Assembly (NCBI GenBank): GCA_963787285.1
Contig: CAWBCM010000001.1
Coordinates: 32,914 to 96,913, forward strand
Direction of reading: 5' to 3'
From: an uncultured Acidimicrobiales bacterium
Lineage (GTDB): Bacteria; Actinomycetota; Acidimicrobiia; Acidimicrobiales; JAHEJN01
Length of the DNA stretch: 64,000 nt
Under the pieces are notes generated by a model. The model was given only the letters and a program-made list of their open reading frames with translations. It had not been told where the DNA came from and ran no database searches. The translations under genes were made by a program, and so were the position numbers. This document shows, one piece after another, positions 38,017 to 46,181 of the stretch (the first letter of the stretch is position 1; the number at the start of each line of letters is the position of its first letter).

Positions 38017-39381
38017 TCAGAAGCCCTGGTTGACGATGACGCCGTAGTCGGGCAAGCGGAACAGTCCCGGCCGGCGTACCACCATGTCGGCGGCTTCGAT
38101 TGCCGTGCACTTGAACAGCTGGATGTTCCTGGCGATGGCGCCGGCGACGCGCGGCGCGGCAAAGGACGTGCCGCTCCACATGGCCCAGCCGGTGAAGTTG
38201 TCGGGGTCGGGAAGGTCGGTGCCGGCGGGTTGATCGAAGCCGCCGTCCCAGGTGAAGAACTCGCTGATCACGTCTTCGCCCGGGGCCGATGCATTGACCC
38301 ACGGCCCGTGGTTGGAGAACCAGGACGGACCACAGGCCCCGACGGAACCGACACCGATCACCTCGGCCATGGCCGCGGGGAACGCCGGTCGACAATCGCC
38401 GTCGTTTCCTGCCGAGCCCACCACCACCACCCCGGCACAGGTGAGGAGGCGAATGCGGTCGGCCACCAACGGTGGAGGTGTGTCGTCGGCGTAGTAGCCC
38501 GAGAGCGAGAGGTTCACGATGGCCTGCTCGAGCACCCCGGCGGCCGACCACTCGTCGAACAGCGTGGTGAGCGCCTCGGCGAGGTCGCTCTCCTGGGCCA
38601 CGCCGAGATTGTCGACGACGCCGATTCCGCGAAGCGACGCGACAGCCCGGGGTGCGGCTCGCCGCACGATGCCCTGGATGAAGCCGTTGTGGCCGGCTGC
38701 CGGATCGAGGATGTCGTCGGCAAGGGGGTCGGGGAGCTCGAAGAGGTCGCCGCTCGGCAGCTTCCACTGGCCGACGACGCTCGCTCCGGGCGGAACCTTC
38801 GTGAAGCCCGTGTCGATGACCGCTACCACGGGTTGACCGGTACCGGCCGGGAGCTTCAGGTCGAACGGCGCCGCCGGCGGCGCGTAGGGGCGAGCGGTGC
38901 TCCGCTGGTTGAAGGTCATGGGGTCGGCGACGATCTGGCCGTTGAAGGTCATGGGCGCGGCGTAGTACGCACCGTTGAATGTCATCGGGTTCGCCATGTA
39001 GGCACCGTTGAAGGTCATGGGGGCGGCCGTGAGCCCGTCGATCAGGTACGACACGTCGACCGATGCGTTGAAGTCGGCCCGGTTGAGCGCGGTCACCACC
39101 TCGGGCACATCGGTTGCCCGATCGAGTTCGAGCATCACGAAACCGCGGCGCCGGGCCACCCTCACCTCGCCATTGGTGATCTCGGCGACGAGGCGGCGAC
39201 CACGAGCCCCCAGTGCATCGAGCTCGTCGGCGGGTGTGTCGTGGTCGGCGATGAGCAGGACGCGGCCGGGTTTGAACAGGTACGGGCCGAAGGGCCCGGC
39301 GCCTACGGCAAGGTCGGGCACCCGCGGCTCGGGCTCGGGGCCGCTGCCGTCCTTGGGTGTGGTGTCGTCGATTTCCGCCAT
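38017..39381 (-). CDS. S8 (subtilisin-like) serine peptidase with I9-like propeptide and no signal peptide
   Basis: ATG 39381 (GAGGAGAG RBS) lies in ORF 38017..39609. The triad context is VVAVIDTGF (Asp), AAGHNGF (His) and WSGTSFAAPRVAG (Ser). The N-terminal 115 aa resemble a subtilase prodomain (YLFKPGRVLLIA...VVTALNRA). Confidence 0.92.
   Translation of the reverse strand: MAEIDDTTPKDGSGPEPEPRVPDLAVGAGPFGPYLFKPGRVLLIADHDTPADELDALGARGRRLVAEITNGEVRVARRRGFVMLELDRATDVPEVVTALNRADFNASVDVSYLIDGLTAAPMTFNGAYMANPMTFNGAYYAAPMTFNGQIVADPMTFNQRSTARPYAPPAAPFDLKLPAGTGQPVVAVIDTGFTKVPPGASVVGQWKLPSGDLFELPDPLADDILDPAAGHNGFIQGIVRRAAPRAVASLRGIGVVDNLGVAQESDLAEALTTLFDEWSAAGVLEQAIVNLSLSGYYADDTPPPLVADRIRLLTCAGVVVVGSAGNDGDCRPAFPAAMAEVIGVGSVGACGPSWFSNHGPWVNASAPGEDVISEFFTWDGGFDQPAGTDLPDPDNFTGWAMWSGTSFAAPRVAGAIARNIQLFKCTAIEAADMVVRRPGLFRLPDYGVIVNQGF
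38890..39021 (-). repeat. 4 x 33-bp in-frame tandem repeat encoding PMTFNG-type 11-mers
   Basis: The protein reads PMTFNGAYMAN-PMTFNGAYYAA-PMTFNGQIVAD-PMTFNQRSTAR. The DNA core CCGTTGAAGGTCATGGG recurs with a 33-bp period. Confidence 0.85.
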
Positions 39382-39410
39382 GGGCTCTCCTCGGTTCGTG
39401 CCTCGTGAAC

Positions 39411-39432
39411 GAGTCGGAACCGGTTCCGACTC
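39411..39432. promoter_or_regulatory. Perfect 22-bp palindrome in the S8/CHAT divergent intergenic region (operator candidate)
   Basis: GAGTCGGAACC|GGTTCCGACTC is centred in the 83-bp gap between ATG 39381 (minus) and ATG 39465 (plus). Confidence 0.6.
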
Positions 39433-39464
39433 GCCGCCCTGGCCGCGACCGTATTGTCTCCAGC

Positions 39465-42128
39465 ATGAGCGTGCCCGTCGAAGACCCCGAACTCGAGCAC
39501 GCGCGCCGCGCCGTGGCGCTACGACAGAAGGATCCTCACGAGGCTGCGGCCATGGCCGAGGCGGTGTTGGGCAGCGAATCGTGTTCACCGCGGGCCCGAG
39601 TGGTGGCACTGGTGGCCAAGGCGTTGGCGGTGCGCGAGCTCAACGACCTCGCCGCCGCCGAGGAGCTCCACGACCAGGCGATCGCCGTGGGGACCGAACA
39701 CGGGCTGGTCGACGAGGTGGCGAGGGCTCGCAGCGCACTGGTGGGTTTCCTCTGCGAGGTGGGTGACCCGCTGCGGGCTCTGGCCGAAGCCGACCTCGCT
39801 GCGTCCCACCTGAATGCACACGAGCAGGCCGAGCTCGACATGCGTCGAGCCAACGCGCTGCGCCGCATGGGGCGCATGTCCGAAGCGGTCGATGCCTATA
39901 CGGCGGCCGTCGAGGTGATCGACGCGTCCGCCGATGTCGTCGGCAGGGCGCGGGTGTACTGCAACCGTGGAGTGACCCTTGCCTTCGCCGGCCGTCACGA
40001 CGAGGCGGTGGCCGACTTCGTGCTCGCCGAAGACCTCGCAGCCGGCACCCACCAGCACCTGCTGGCTGCGGGCGCAGCCCACAACCTCGGCTTCGTACAC
40101 GGTCGGAGGGGCGATATCGTCGCCGCGCTCGAGGCCTTCGACCGGGCGAGAGTGTTCTACGAGACCATCGGGTTTCCCGGCCGTTCCCGTGGGGTGTTCG
40201 AGGCCGACCGCTGCGCGGTGCTGTTGTCCGGTGGGTTGTTCGACGAGGCGCGAGCCGCGGCCCGAGCCGGTGTCGACGCGTTGGAGGCTGTCGGCGATCA
40301 GGTCGATCTCACCGAGGCACGACTGTTGTTGTCGCGGGCGAGCCTGGCCGCCGGCGATCCGCAAGAGGCGATCGGGCAGGCATCGCTGGCGCTCGTGGAG
40401 TTCGAACGATCAGGGCGGTTGCGGTGGGCGTCGGTTGCCCGACTGCTCGTGTTGCGGGCGCGAGCAGAGCTCGGTGACACGAACGGCTGGAACGACGAGG
40501 CCGCCGAGGTCATCGCCGCGCTCGCCGACCACGGCTGGACCACCGAGGCCGACGAGTTGCGCATCTTCGGCGCCGAGATGGCCCTGCGTGCGGGCGACAC
40601 CCGCCGAGCGCGCCGCTTGCTGCGACAGGCTGCGGCCGCCCGGCGCAACGGCCGCGCCGATCACCGTGCCCAGGCCTGGCGGGCCGCGGCCCTGCTACGG
40701 CTCTCGACCGGTGATCGCGTGGGGGCCTTTGCCGCGATCCGGGCCGGCCTGCGGGTGATCGACGATCACCGCGCCCTGCTCGGCGCAACCGAGCTCCGGG
40801 TGGGTGCGTCGAGTCATGCCGCGTCGCTCGCCCGCATGGGCCAGACGATGGCCCTCGAGGGATCGCGGCCGGCGGCGGTGCTTTTCTGGGCCGACCGGCT
40901 GCGCGCCGCGGCGCTCGACATGCCGACCACTCGACCACCCGACGACGACATCATGGCCGACGAGCTCGCCGCCCTGCGCGTGGCGACCGACGACCTCGTC
41001 GCAGTTCGTCTCGACGGAGGCGACGACCGCGAGCAGCTCCGGTTGGTTCGATCGCTCGAGACCACCATCCGCGATCGAGCGCGTCGAGTATCGGTGGCGG
41101 GCACCTCGACCGACGTCGCCGTCACCGTGCGTGATGTGCGGCGCGAGCTTCCGCACGGCTGTTTCGTCGAGTACCTCGAGGACGGCGGACGGCTCCACGC
41201 CGTCGCCGTGTCGGGACGAACGGTTCGGCACGATCTGGGTCGGGTCGACGACCTGGCGGAGGGCATCGACGACCTGCACTTCTCACTGCGGCGATTGGCG
41301 TCGGGCCACGGCAGCCCGGCCGCCAGGCGGGCAGCCGCCGACGCCATGATCGACTCGCTCGCCCAGCTCGGGCGGGTCCTGATCGACCCCGTGGTGACTG
41401 CCACCGGACCGGTCGTCATCGTGCCGACCGGGGCGCTGCATACGGTTCCCTGGGCGGCGCTGGCCTCGTTGCGGGGCCGCTCGGTGACCGTCAGCCCGAG
41501 CGGTTCGCTGTGGCTCGGCGGTCGGCGCTCGACTGCCGGCGGCGCCGGCCTCGCGCTCGTGGCCGGGCCCGACCTTCCTGGCGGACGGACCGAGGTGAGA
41601 CGCTTGCGCCGGGTGAACATCGCGTCGACGGTCCTCACCGGCCGCAACGCCACGGTTGCGGCCACCCTCGCGGCCCTGGCCACGGCCCACACGGCCCACA
41701 TTGCGGCCCACGGGCACTTCCGGGCCGACAGTCCGATGTTCTCCTCGCTGCGGCTGCACGACGGGCCGCTCACCGTGTACGACCTCGAAGGGCTGCGGGC
41801 GGTGCCCGACACGGTGGTGCTGCCGGCCTGCGACGCCGGCGTGGCCGATGTGCGGGCCGGCGACGAGCTGATCGGCACCACCAGCGCACTGCTGGGACTC
41901 GGTGTGGCCACGGTGATCGCGCCCATCGCCCCGGTGTCCGATTCCCACACGACCGCGGTGATGCTGCGGTTGCATCGCCTGCTCGCCGCCGGTGTCGAAC
42001 CGGCGGTCGCGCTGGCCGAGGCTGTTGCGCCGTGCTGGGAGAGCGACGACCCCGCCGATGCCGCAGTGGCCGCCGCCTTCACCTGTTTCGGGGTGAATCG
42101 CGGCGTAGAGGTATCACCGGGCACCTGA
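39465..42128 (+). CDS. CHAT-domain (caspase-like) protein with N-terminal TPR-like helical repeats
   Basis: ATG 39465 lies in ORF 39357..42128, giving 887 aa. The first roughly 450 aa are Ala/Leu-rich repeat helices. The C-terminal CHAT region has HIAAHGHF (His) and VVLPACDAG (Cys). Confidence 0.9.
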   Translation: MSVPVEDPELEHARRAVALRQKDPHEAAAMAEAVLGSESCSPRARVVALVAKALAVRELNDLAAAEELHDQAIAVGTEHGLVDEVARARSALVGFLCEVGDPLRALAEADLAASHLNAHEQAELDMRRANALRRMGRMSEAVDAYTAAVEVIDASADVVGRARVYCNRGVTLAFAGRHDEAVADFVLAEDLAAGTHQHLLAAGAAHNLGFVHGRRGDIVAALEAFDRARVFYETIGFPGRSRGVFEADRCAVLLSGGLFDEARAAARAGVDALEAVGDQVDLTEARLLLSRASLAAGDPQEAIGQASLALVEFERSGRLRWASVARLLVLRARAELGDTNGWNDEAAEVIAALADHGWTTEADELRIFGAEMALRAGDTRRARRLLRQAAAARRNGRADHRAQAWRAAALLRLSTGDRVGAFAAIRAGLRVIDDHRALLGATELRVGASSHAASLARMGQTMALEGSRPAAVLFWADRLRAAALDMPTTRPPDDDIMADELAALRVATDDLVAVRLDGGDDREQLRLVRSLETTIRDRARRVSVAGTSTDVAVTVRDVRRELPHGCFVEYLEDGGRLHAVAVSGRTVRHDLGRVDDLAEGIDDLHFSLRRLASGHGSPAARRAAADAMIDSLAQLGRVLIDPVVTATGPVVIVPTGALHTVPWAALASLRGRSVTVSPSGSLWLGGRRSTAGGAGLALVAGPDLPGGRTEVRRLRRVNIASTVLTGRNATVAATLAALATAHTAHIAAHGHFRADSPMFSSLRLHDGPLTVYDLEGLRAVPDTVVLPACDAGVADVRAGDELIGTTSALLGLGVATVIAPIAPVSDSHTTAVMLRLHRLLAAGVEPAVALAEAVAPCWESDDPADAAVAAAFTCFGVNRGVEVSPGT

Positions 42129-42143
42129 CGCGCTCATGTACGC

Positions 42144-42746
42144 ATGCAACGCGCCCCTGCCAACGGCCTCCTACAGTGCCCACCTGTGAACCGACGGTCC
42201 GATTCGAACGCGGAGCTGTTGCGGGCAGCGACCGAGGGCAACGCCTCGGCCTGGAACGAGCTGGTCGAGCGATACGGCCGTCTCGTGTGGTCGGTCACCC
42301 GCTCGTTTCGGCTCGACGAGGCCGCCGCGGCCGACGTCTCCCAGACCGTCTGGCTCCGCCTCACCGAGAACTGCACCAAGATCACCGATCCTTCGAAGCT
42401 CGCTTCGTGGCTGGCCACGACCACCCGCAACGAGTCTCTCCGGGTGGTGCGCCAACGACAGCGGACCCAGCCGTCGGATCTCATCGACGAGGGACCGGAC
42501 CTGCTGGCTCGGCCCGTGGGTGATCGCCTACTCGACGACGAGACCATCGGCGAGGCCATCGACGCGTTCGTGCAGCTGAGCGACGACTGTCGCCAGCTCC
42601 TGCGTCTGCTCTGTGCGGTGCCCCCGATCGACTACGCGACCATCTCCGACATCACCGGTCGACCCATCGGAAGCATCGGACCCACACGGAGCCGGTGCCT
42701 CGATCGGCTGAGAGTCAACATGGCCCGAGCGGCGGGAGAGAACTGA
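42144..42746 (+). CDS. ECF-type sigma-70 family RNA polymerase sigma factor
   Basis: 200-aa ORF with region 2 (WNELVERYGRLVWSVTRSF..DVSQTVWLRL) and region 4 (IDYATISDITGRPIGSIGPTRSRCLDRLR). An alternative start is GTG 42186. Confidence 0.88.
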   Translation: MQRAPANGLLQCPPVNRRSDSNAELLRAATEGNASAWNELVERYGRLVWSVTRSFRLDEAAAADVSQTVWLRLTENCTKITDPSKLASWLATTTRNESLRVVRQRQRTQPSDLIDEGPDLLARPVGDRLLDDETIGEAIDAFVQLSDDCRQLLRLLCAVPPIDYATISDITGRPIGSIGPTRSRCLDRLRVNMARAAGEN

Positions 42747-43195
42747 TGAACGACGAACCCGACAACGAACTGCTCGCCCTCCTCGGTCGAGCCATCGATG
42801 CGACCGACCCGATCCCCGATCAGGTGCTCGACGCAGCCAAGGGCGCCTACGCCTGGTTCGGCATCGACGACGAGCTCGCTTCGCTCAGCTTCGACTCGAT
42901 GACCGAGGAGCTGGCAGGGGCACGGTCGGCCACCACCTCGGACCGCCAGCTCACCTTCACGAGTCCCGGCGTCGAGGTGGAGCTTTCCCTCATGGGTGAC
43001 GGCGAACGCCGACTGATCGGCCAGTTCACCCCTCCCGCCGAGGCCACCATCGTGCTCGAGACCACCGACGCCACCCGTGAGACCACCGCCGATCACCTCG
43101 GGCGGTTCCGCTTCGCCGACGTGGCCGGCGGGCTCCTCCGTCTCACGATCGTCTCCGGCGCCACTCGGGTGAAGACCGAGTGGATCATCGTCTGA
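42746..43195 (+). CDS. Hypothetical 149-aa protein translationally coupled to the sigma factor (candidate partner/anti-sigma)
   Basis: ATG 42746 overlaps the sigma TGA (TGATG) and lies in the frame of ORF 42695..43195. It has an N-terminal helical part (ELLALLGRAIDATDPIPDQVLDAAKGAYAWFGIDDELA) and a C-terminal beta-rich part (GRFRFADVAGGLLRLTI). Confidence 0.75.
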   Translation: MNDEPDNELLALLGRAIDATDPIPDQVLDAAKGAYAWFGIDDELASLSFDSMTEELAGARSATTSDRQLTFTSPGVEVELSLMGDGERRLIGQFTPPAEATIVLETTDATRETTADHLGRFRFADVAGGLLRLTIVSGATRVKTEWIIV

Positions 43196-43202
43196 CCAGT
43201 AC

Positions 43203-44129
43203 CTAACCGGCGAACTGGGCCTTCACCCAGGCCGCGACCTCGCTGACGGCATCGTTGGCGCAGTCGACCGCCGCGCCCCAGGTGACGAAGGCGTGACAGG
43301 TGCCTTCATAGAGGGAGTAGTCGACGTCGACCCCGCCGTTGCGCAACGCGGCGGCGTAGGCACGGCCCTGCGCGACGAGTGGGTCGTGTGAGGCGGCGAG
43401 GATGAGCGCCGGGGCCAGGCCCGAATGGTCGGCGGCCCGCAGCGGCGACGCCCGTGGATCGAGGATGTCGGGTACCGCATGGGCGCCGTTGAGCTGATCG
43501 ATGAGACCCTTGTTCACGAAGGCATCGATGGTGAGCATGCCCTCGGAGAGGTCGGCCAGGTCGACCTGGGGATAGACCAGGGCTTGGCACGCCGGCTGCG
43601 GGCGGCCCGAATCCTTGGCATCGAGGCACACGAGGGCCGCCAGGCAGGCGCCGGCCGAGTCGCCGCACACACCGATACGACCCGGGTCACCGCCGAACGA
43701 TGGCGCGTTCTGCGACACCCATTCGTAGGCCGCGAGCGCGCTCTCGAGCGGCCCGGGGAACGGGTGCTCGGGCGTGCGGTGGTAGTCGACGTTCACGACG
43801 ATGCAGTCGGCCTGTTGGGCGATCTCGGTACAGGTGGGGTTGAATGCCTCGGCGTCGAGCAGCATGAGCCCGCCGCCGTGGAAGAAGACGAGCACCGGCA
43901 GCGCCTCGTCGGCGGTGCGGGGGATGTCGATGATCACCGGAACGTCGCCGTTGGCGCTCGAGACGGTTTCGTGCCGGATCTCGGCCATCTCGACCCCCGG
44001 AGGGGACAGGGCCACGTGGCCCGCACGGGCACCGGCCCGGATCTCGTCGAGCGACGGGGGAGTGTCGGGCTGCGGCTGGGCCGCCATGTGATCGAGCACG
44101 CCTTGGATCTGCGGATCGAGGGTCACCAT
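43203..44129 (-). CDS. Alpha/beta hydrolase fold-3 esterase/lipase (HSL family)
   Basis: The HGGG oxyanion motif (VFFHGGGLM) and the GDSAG nucleophile elbow are present. ATG 44129 has a GGGAGA RBS (ORF 43203..44144). Confidence 0.9.
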   Translation of the reverse strand: MVTLDPQIQGVLDHMAAQPQPDTPPSLDEIRAGARAGHVALSPPGVEMAEIRHETVSSANGDVPVIIDIPRTADEALPVLVFFHGGGLMLLDAEAFNPTCTEIAQQADCIVVNVDYHRTPEHPFPGPLESALAAYEWVSQNAPSFGGDPGRIGVCGDSAGACLAALVCLDAKDSGRPQPACQALVYPQVDLADLSEGMLTIDAFVNKGLIDQLNGAHAVPDILDPRASPLRAADHSGLAPALILAASHDPLVAQGRAYAAALRNGGVDVDYSLYEGTCHAFVTWGAAVDCANDAVSEVAAWVKAQFAG

Positions 44130-44190
44130 TGTTTCGTCTCCCACGGGAACGGCGGTACGCGCCGAACGTAGCCGAAACCAGCGGTGGGGG

Positions 44191-44275
44191 CGGAGGGAGG
44201 GGGATTCGAACCCCCGGGACCTTGCGGCCCGCTGGTTTTCAAGACCAGTGCAATCGTCCGCTCTGCCATCCCTCC
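44191..44275 (-). tRNA. tRNA-Ser (anticodon UGA)
   Basis: The reverse complement reads GGAGGGATGGCAGAGCGGACGATTGCACTGGTCTTGAAAACCAGCGGGCCGCAAGGTCCCGGGGGTTCGAATCCCCCTCCCTCCG. It has a long variable arm and a CTTGAAA anticodon loop. Confidence 0.93.
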
Positions 44276-44390
44276 GCCGACGAGGCTAGCGGTGGGCACG
44301 GCCCCCGTCGTTCCCCTCCCGTTCTGGTTGAGCACCGCCATGCCAGACAGTGCGCATGCTCCACCAGATCGCCGAGGGTGGAGGGAGGGG

Positions 44391-45347
44391 TCAGTCGAGG
44401 ATGGTGGAACGGATGCCGGCGATCCACGCGTCGGCATCGGCCCACGCGGTGGCATTCTCCGCCGGGCGCGTCTCACCCGGCAGGCCGGCCGCGGGGTACG
44501 AGCCGAGGAACTTCACGCCGTGGCCCTTCCAGCGCAGGTCGCGGAGGGCGTCGGCCACGACCTCGTCGCCGATGTGGCCGTCGCAGTCGATGAGGAAGCA
44601 GTAGTCACCGAGGCCCTGTTTGGTCGGGCGCGACTCGAGCTTGGTGAGGTTGATGCCCCGGCCGGCGAACTCCTGGAGGATGGCGAGCAACGATCCGGGC
44701 TGATCGGCGCGCTGGAAGATGACGATCGAGGTCTTGTCGTGACCGGTAGGGGCGGGCACTCCTTCCCGGGCCACCACCACGAAGCGGGTCTCGTTGCCCG
44801 GGTGGTCCTCGATGTCGGCGGCCACCACGTCGAGGCCGTAGATCTCGGCGGCCAGCGAGGTCCCGATGGCGGCGATCGCCCCGTCGGCCGCCTCGGCAAC
44901 GGTCTCGACCGCCTCGGCGGTGGCGTTGGCCGCCCGCAGGTCGGCGCCGGGCAGGTGCTCGCGCAGCCATCCTCGGCACTGCGCAATGGCGATGGGAATG
45001 GACACCACTGTCTTCACGTCGGCCACCGAGCCGCCCGGCTTCACCAACAGGTTCATCACGATGGGTATCACCACTTCCCGCTGGATCTTGAGCTCGCTCT
45101 CGAAGGCCAGGGTGTCGATGGTGACGTTCACCGAACCCTCGATCGAGTTCTCGATGGCCACGAACGCAAGGTCGGCATCGCCGTGTTCGACGGCATAGAA
45201 GACGTCGGGAAAGGTGCGATGCAGCGAATGCTCCGCCGCCAGGAGATCCGGTTGGGTGCGCAGGGCCTGCTCGGTGAACGTGCCGGGAGGACCGAGGTAG
45301 GCGACGCGGAGGGAGGAGGCGTTGGTCACGGCCGAAAGGATAGGCAT
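44391..45347 (-). CDS. pheA: Prephenate dehydratase
   Basis: 318-aa ORF with motifs RVAYLGPPGTFTEQA and TRF, and a C-terminal ACT domain (GSLLAILQEFAGRGINLTKLESRP). Confidence 0.95.
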   Translation of the reverse strand: MPILSAVTNASSLRVAYLGPPGTFTEQALRTQPDLLAAEHSLHRTFPDVFYAVEHGDADLAFVAIENSIEGSVNVTIDTLAFESELKIQREVVIPIVMNLLVKPGGSVADVKTVVSIPIAIAQCRGWLREHLPGADLRAANATAEAVETVAEAADGAIAAIGTSLAAEIYGLDVVAADIEDHPGNETRFVVVAREGVPAPTGHDKTSIVIFQRADQPGSLLAILQEFAGRGINLTKLESRPTKQGLGDYCFLIDCDGHIGDEVVADALRDLRWKGHGVKFLGSYPAAGLPGETRPAENATAWADADAWIAGIRSTILD

Positions 45348-45383
45348 GCGGCATCGTCGCCGGTTACCGACAAGGATGAGGGG

Positions 45384-46181
45384 GTGGACCAGACGACTCT
45401 GCGCCTACTGCTCGACGAGGTGCGATCCGGCACCTGCCACCCCGACGACGCCGTCGCCGTGCTGCGCCGCCTGCCGTTTGCCGATCTCGGGTTCGCCCGG
45501 ATCGATCATCACCGGGCCCTGCGCCAGGGAACCGCCGAGGCGGTCTATGCCCCCGGCAAGACGGCCGCGCAGTGCGTGGCCATCGTCGGCGAGCTCCTGC
45601 GCGGCGACGCTTCGCCGGTGATCCTCAGTCGCGTCGACGACGAGCAGGCCGCCGCGGTTCTCGGCGCTCACGCCGATGGCGAGCGAGAAGGCGGCACGAT
45701 CGTGTGGCGACCCGTTGTGCCGCCACCAACCGATTCCGGTGCGCCAACCGTGTTGATCGTCACGGCGGGCACCGCCGATCACACCGTCGCCGGCGAGTGC
45801 CAGGCCGTGCTCGGCGCCCACGGCGTCTGTGCCGAGCGGGTCGACGACTGTGGCGTCGCCGGCCTGCACCGTCTGCTCGCCGAGATCGACCGAGTCGCCA
45901 CCGCCCACATCGTGATCGTGGTGGCCGGAATGGAGGGCGCCCTGGCCAGCGTGATCGGTGGCCTGGCCAGCGGCCCGGTCATTGCCGTGCCTACGAGCGT
46001 GGGCTACGGGTCGTCGCTCGAGGGAATCACGGCCCTGCTCGGGATGCACGCGGCATGCGCCTCGGGCATCACGGTGGTCGGGATCGACAACGGTTTCGGC
46101 GCCGCGATCGGTGCGCTGCGCATGCTCACCCTTGCCGCTGACCTGACCACTGACGTCGCTCGAGAGTCGACCGGATCGTGA
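45384..46181 (+). CDS. larB: Nickel-pincer cofactor biosynthesis protein LarB (AIR carboxylase-like)
   Basis: In the frame of ORF 44184..46181 from GTG 45384 (AAGGATGAGGG RBS). Supporting sequence is ARIDHHRALRQGTAEAVYAPGKT, VAGMEGALASVIGGL and AVPTSVGYG. Confidence 0.88.
   Translation: MDQTTLRLLLDEVRSGTCHPDDAVAVLRRLPFADLGFARIDHHRALRQGTAEAVYAPGKTAAQCVAIVGELLRGDASPVILSRVDDEQAAAVLGAHADGEREGGTIVWRPVVPPPTDSGAPTVLIVTAGTADHTVAGECQAVLGAHGVCAERVDDCGVAGLHRLLAEIDRVATAHIVIVVAGMEGALASVIGGLASGPVIAVPTSVGYGSSLEGITALLGMHAACASGITVVGIDNGFGAAIGALRMLTLAADLTTDVARESTGS

Noticed and set aside
36985-44275. Genomic island integrated at the 3' end of tRNA-Ser (the S8/CHAT module and esterase lie next to it).
   Set aside because: There is no integrase, recombinase or transposase. 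I could find no direct repeat of the tRNA 3' end; the GGGGATTTCG in repeat element B is only a weak resemblance to the T-arm. There is no visible GC shift.
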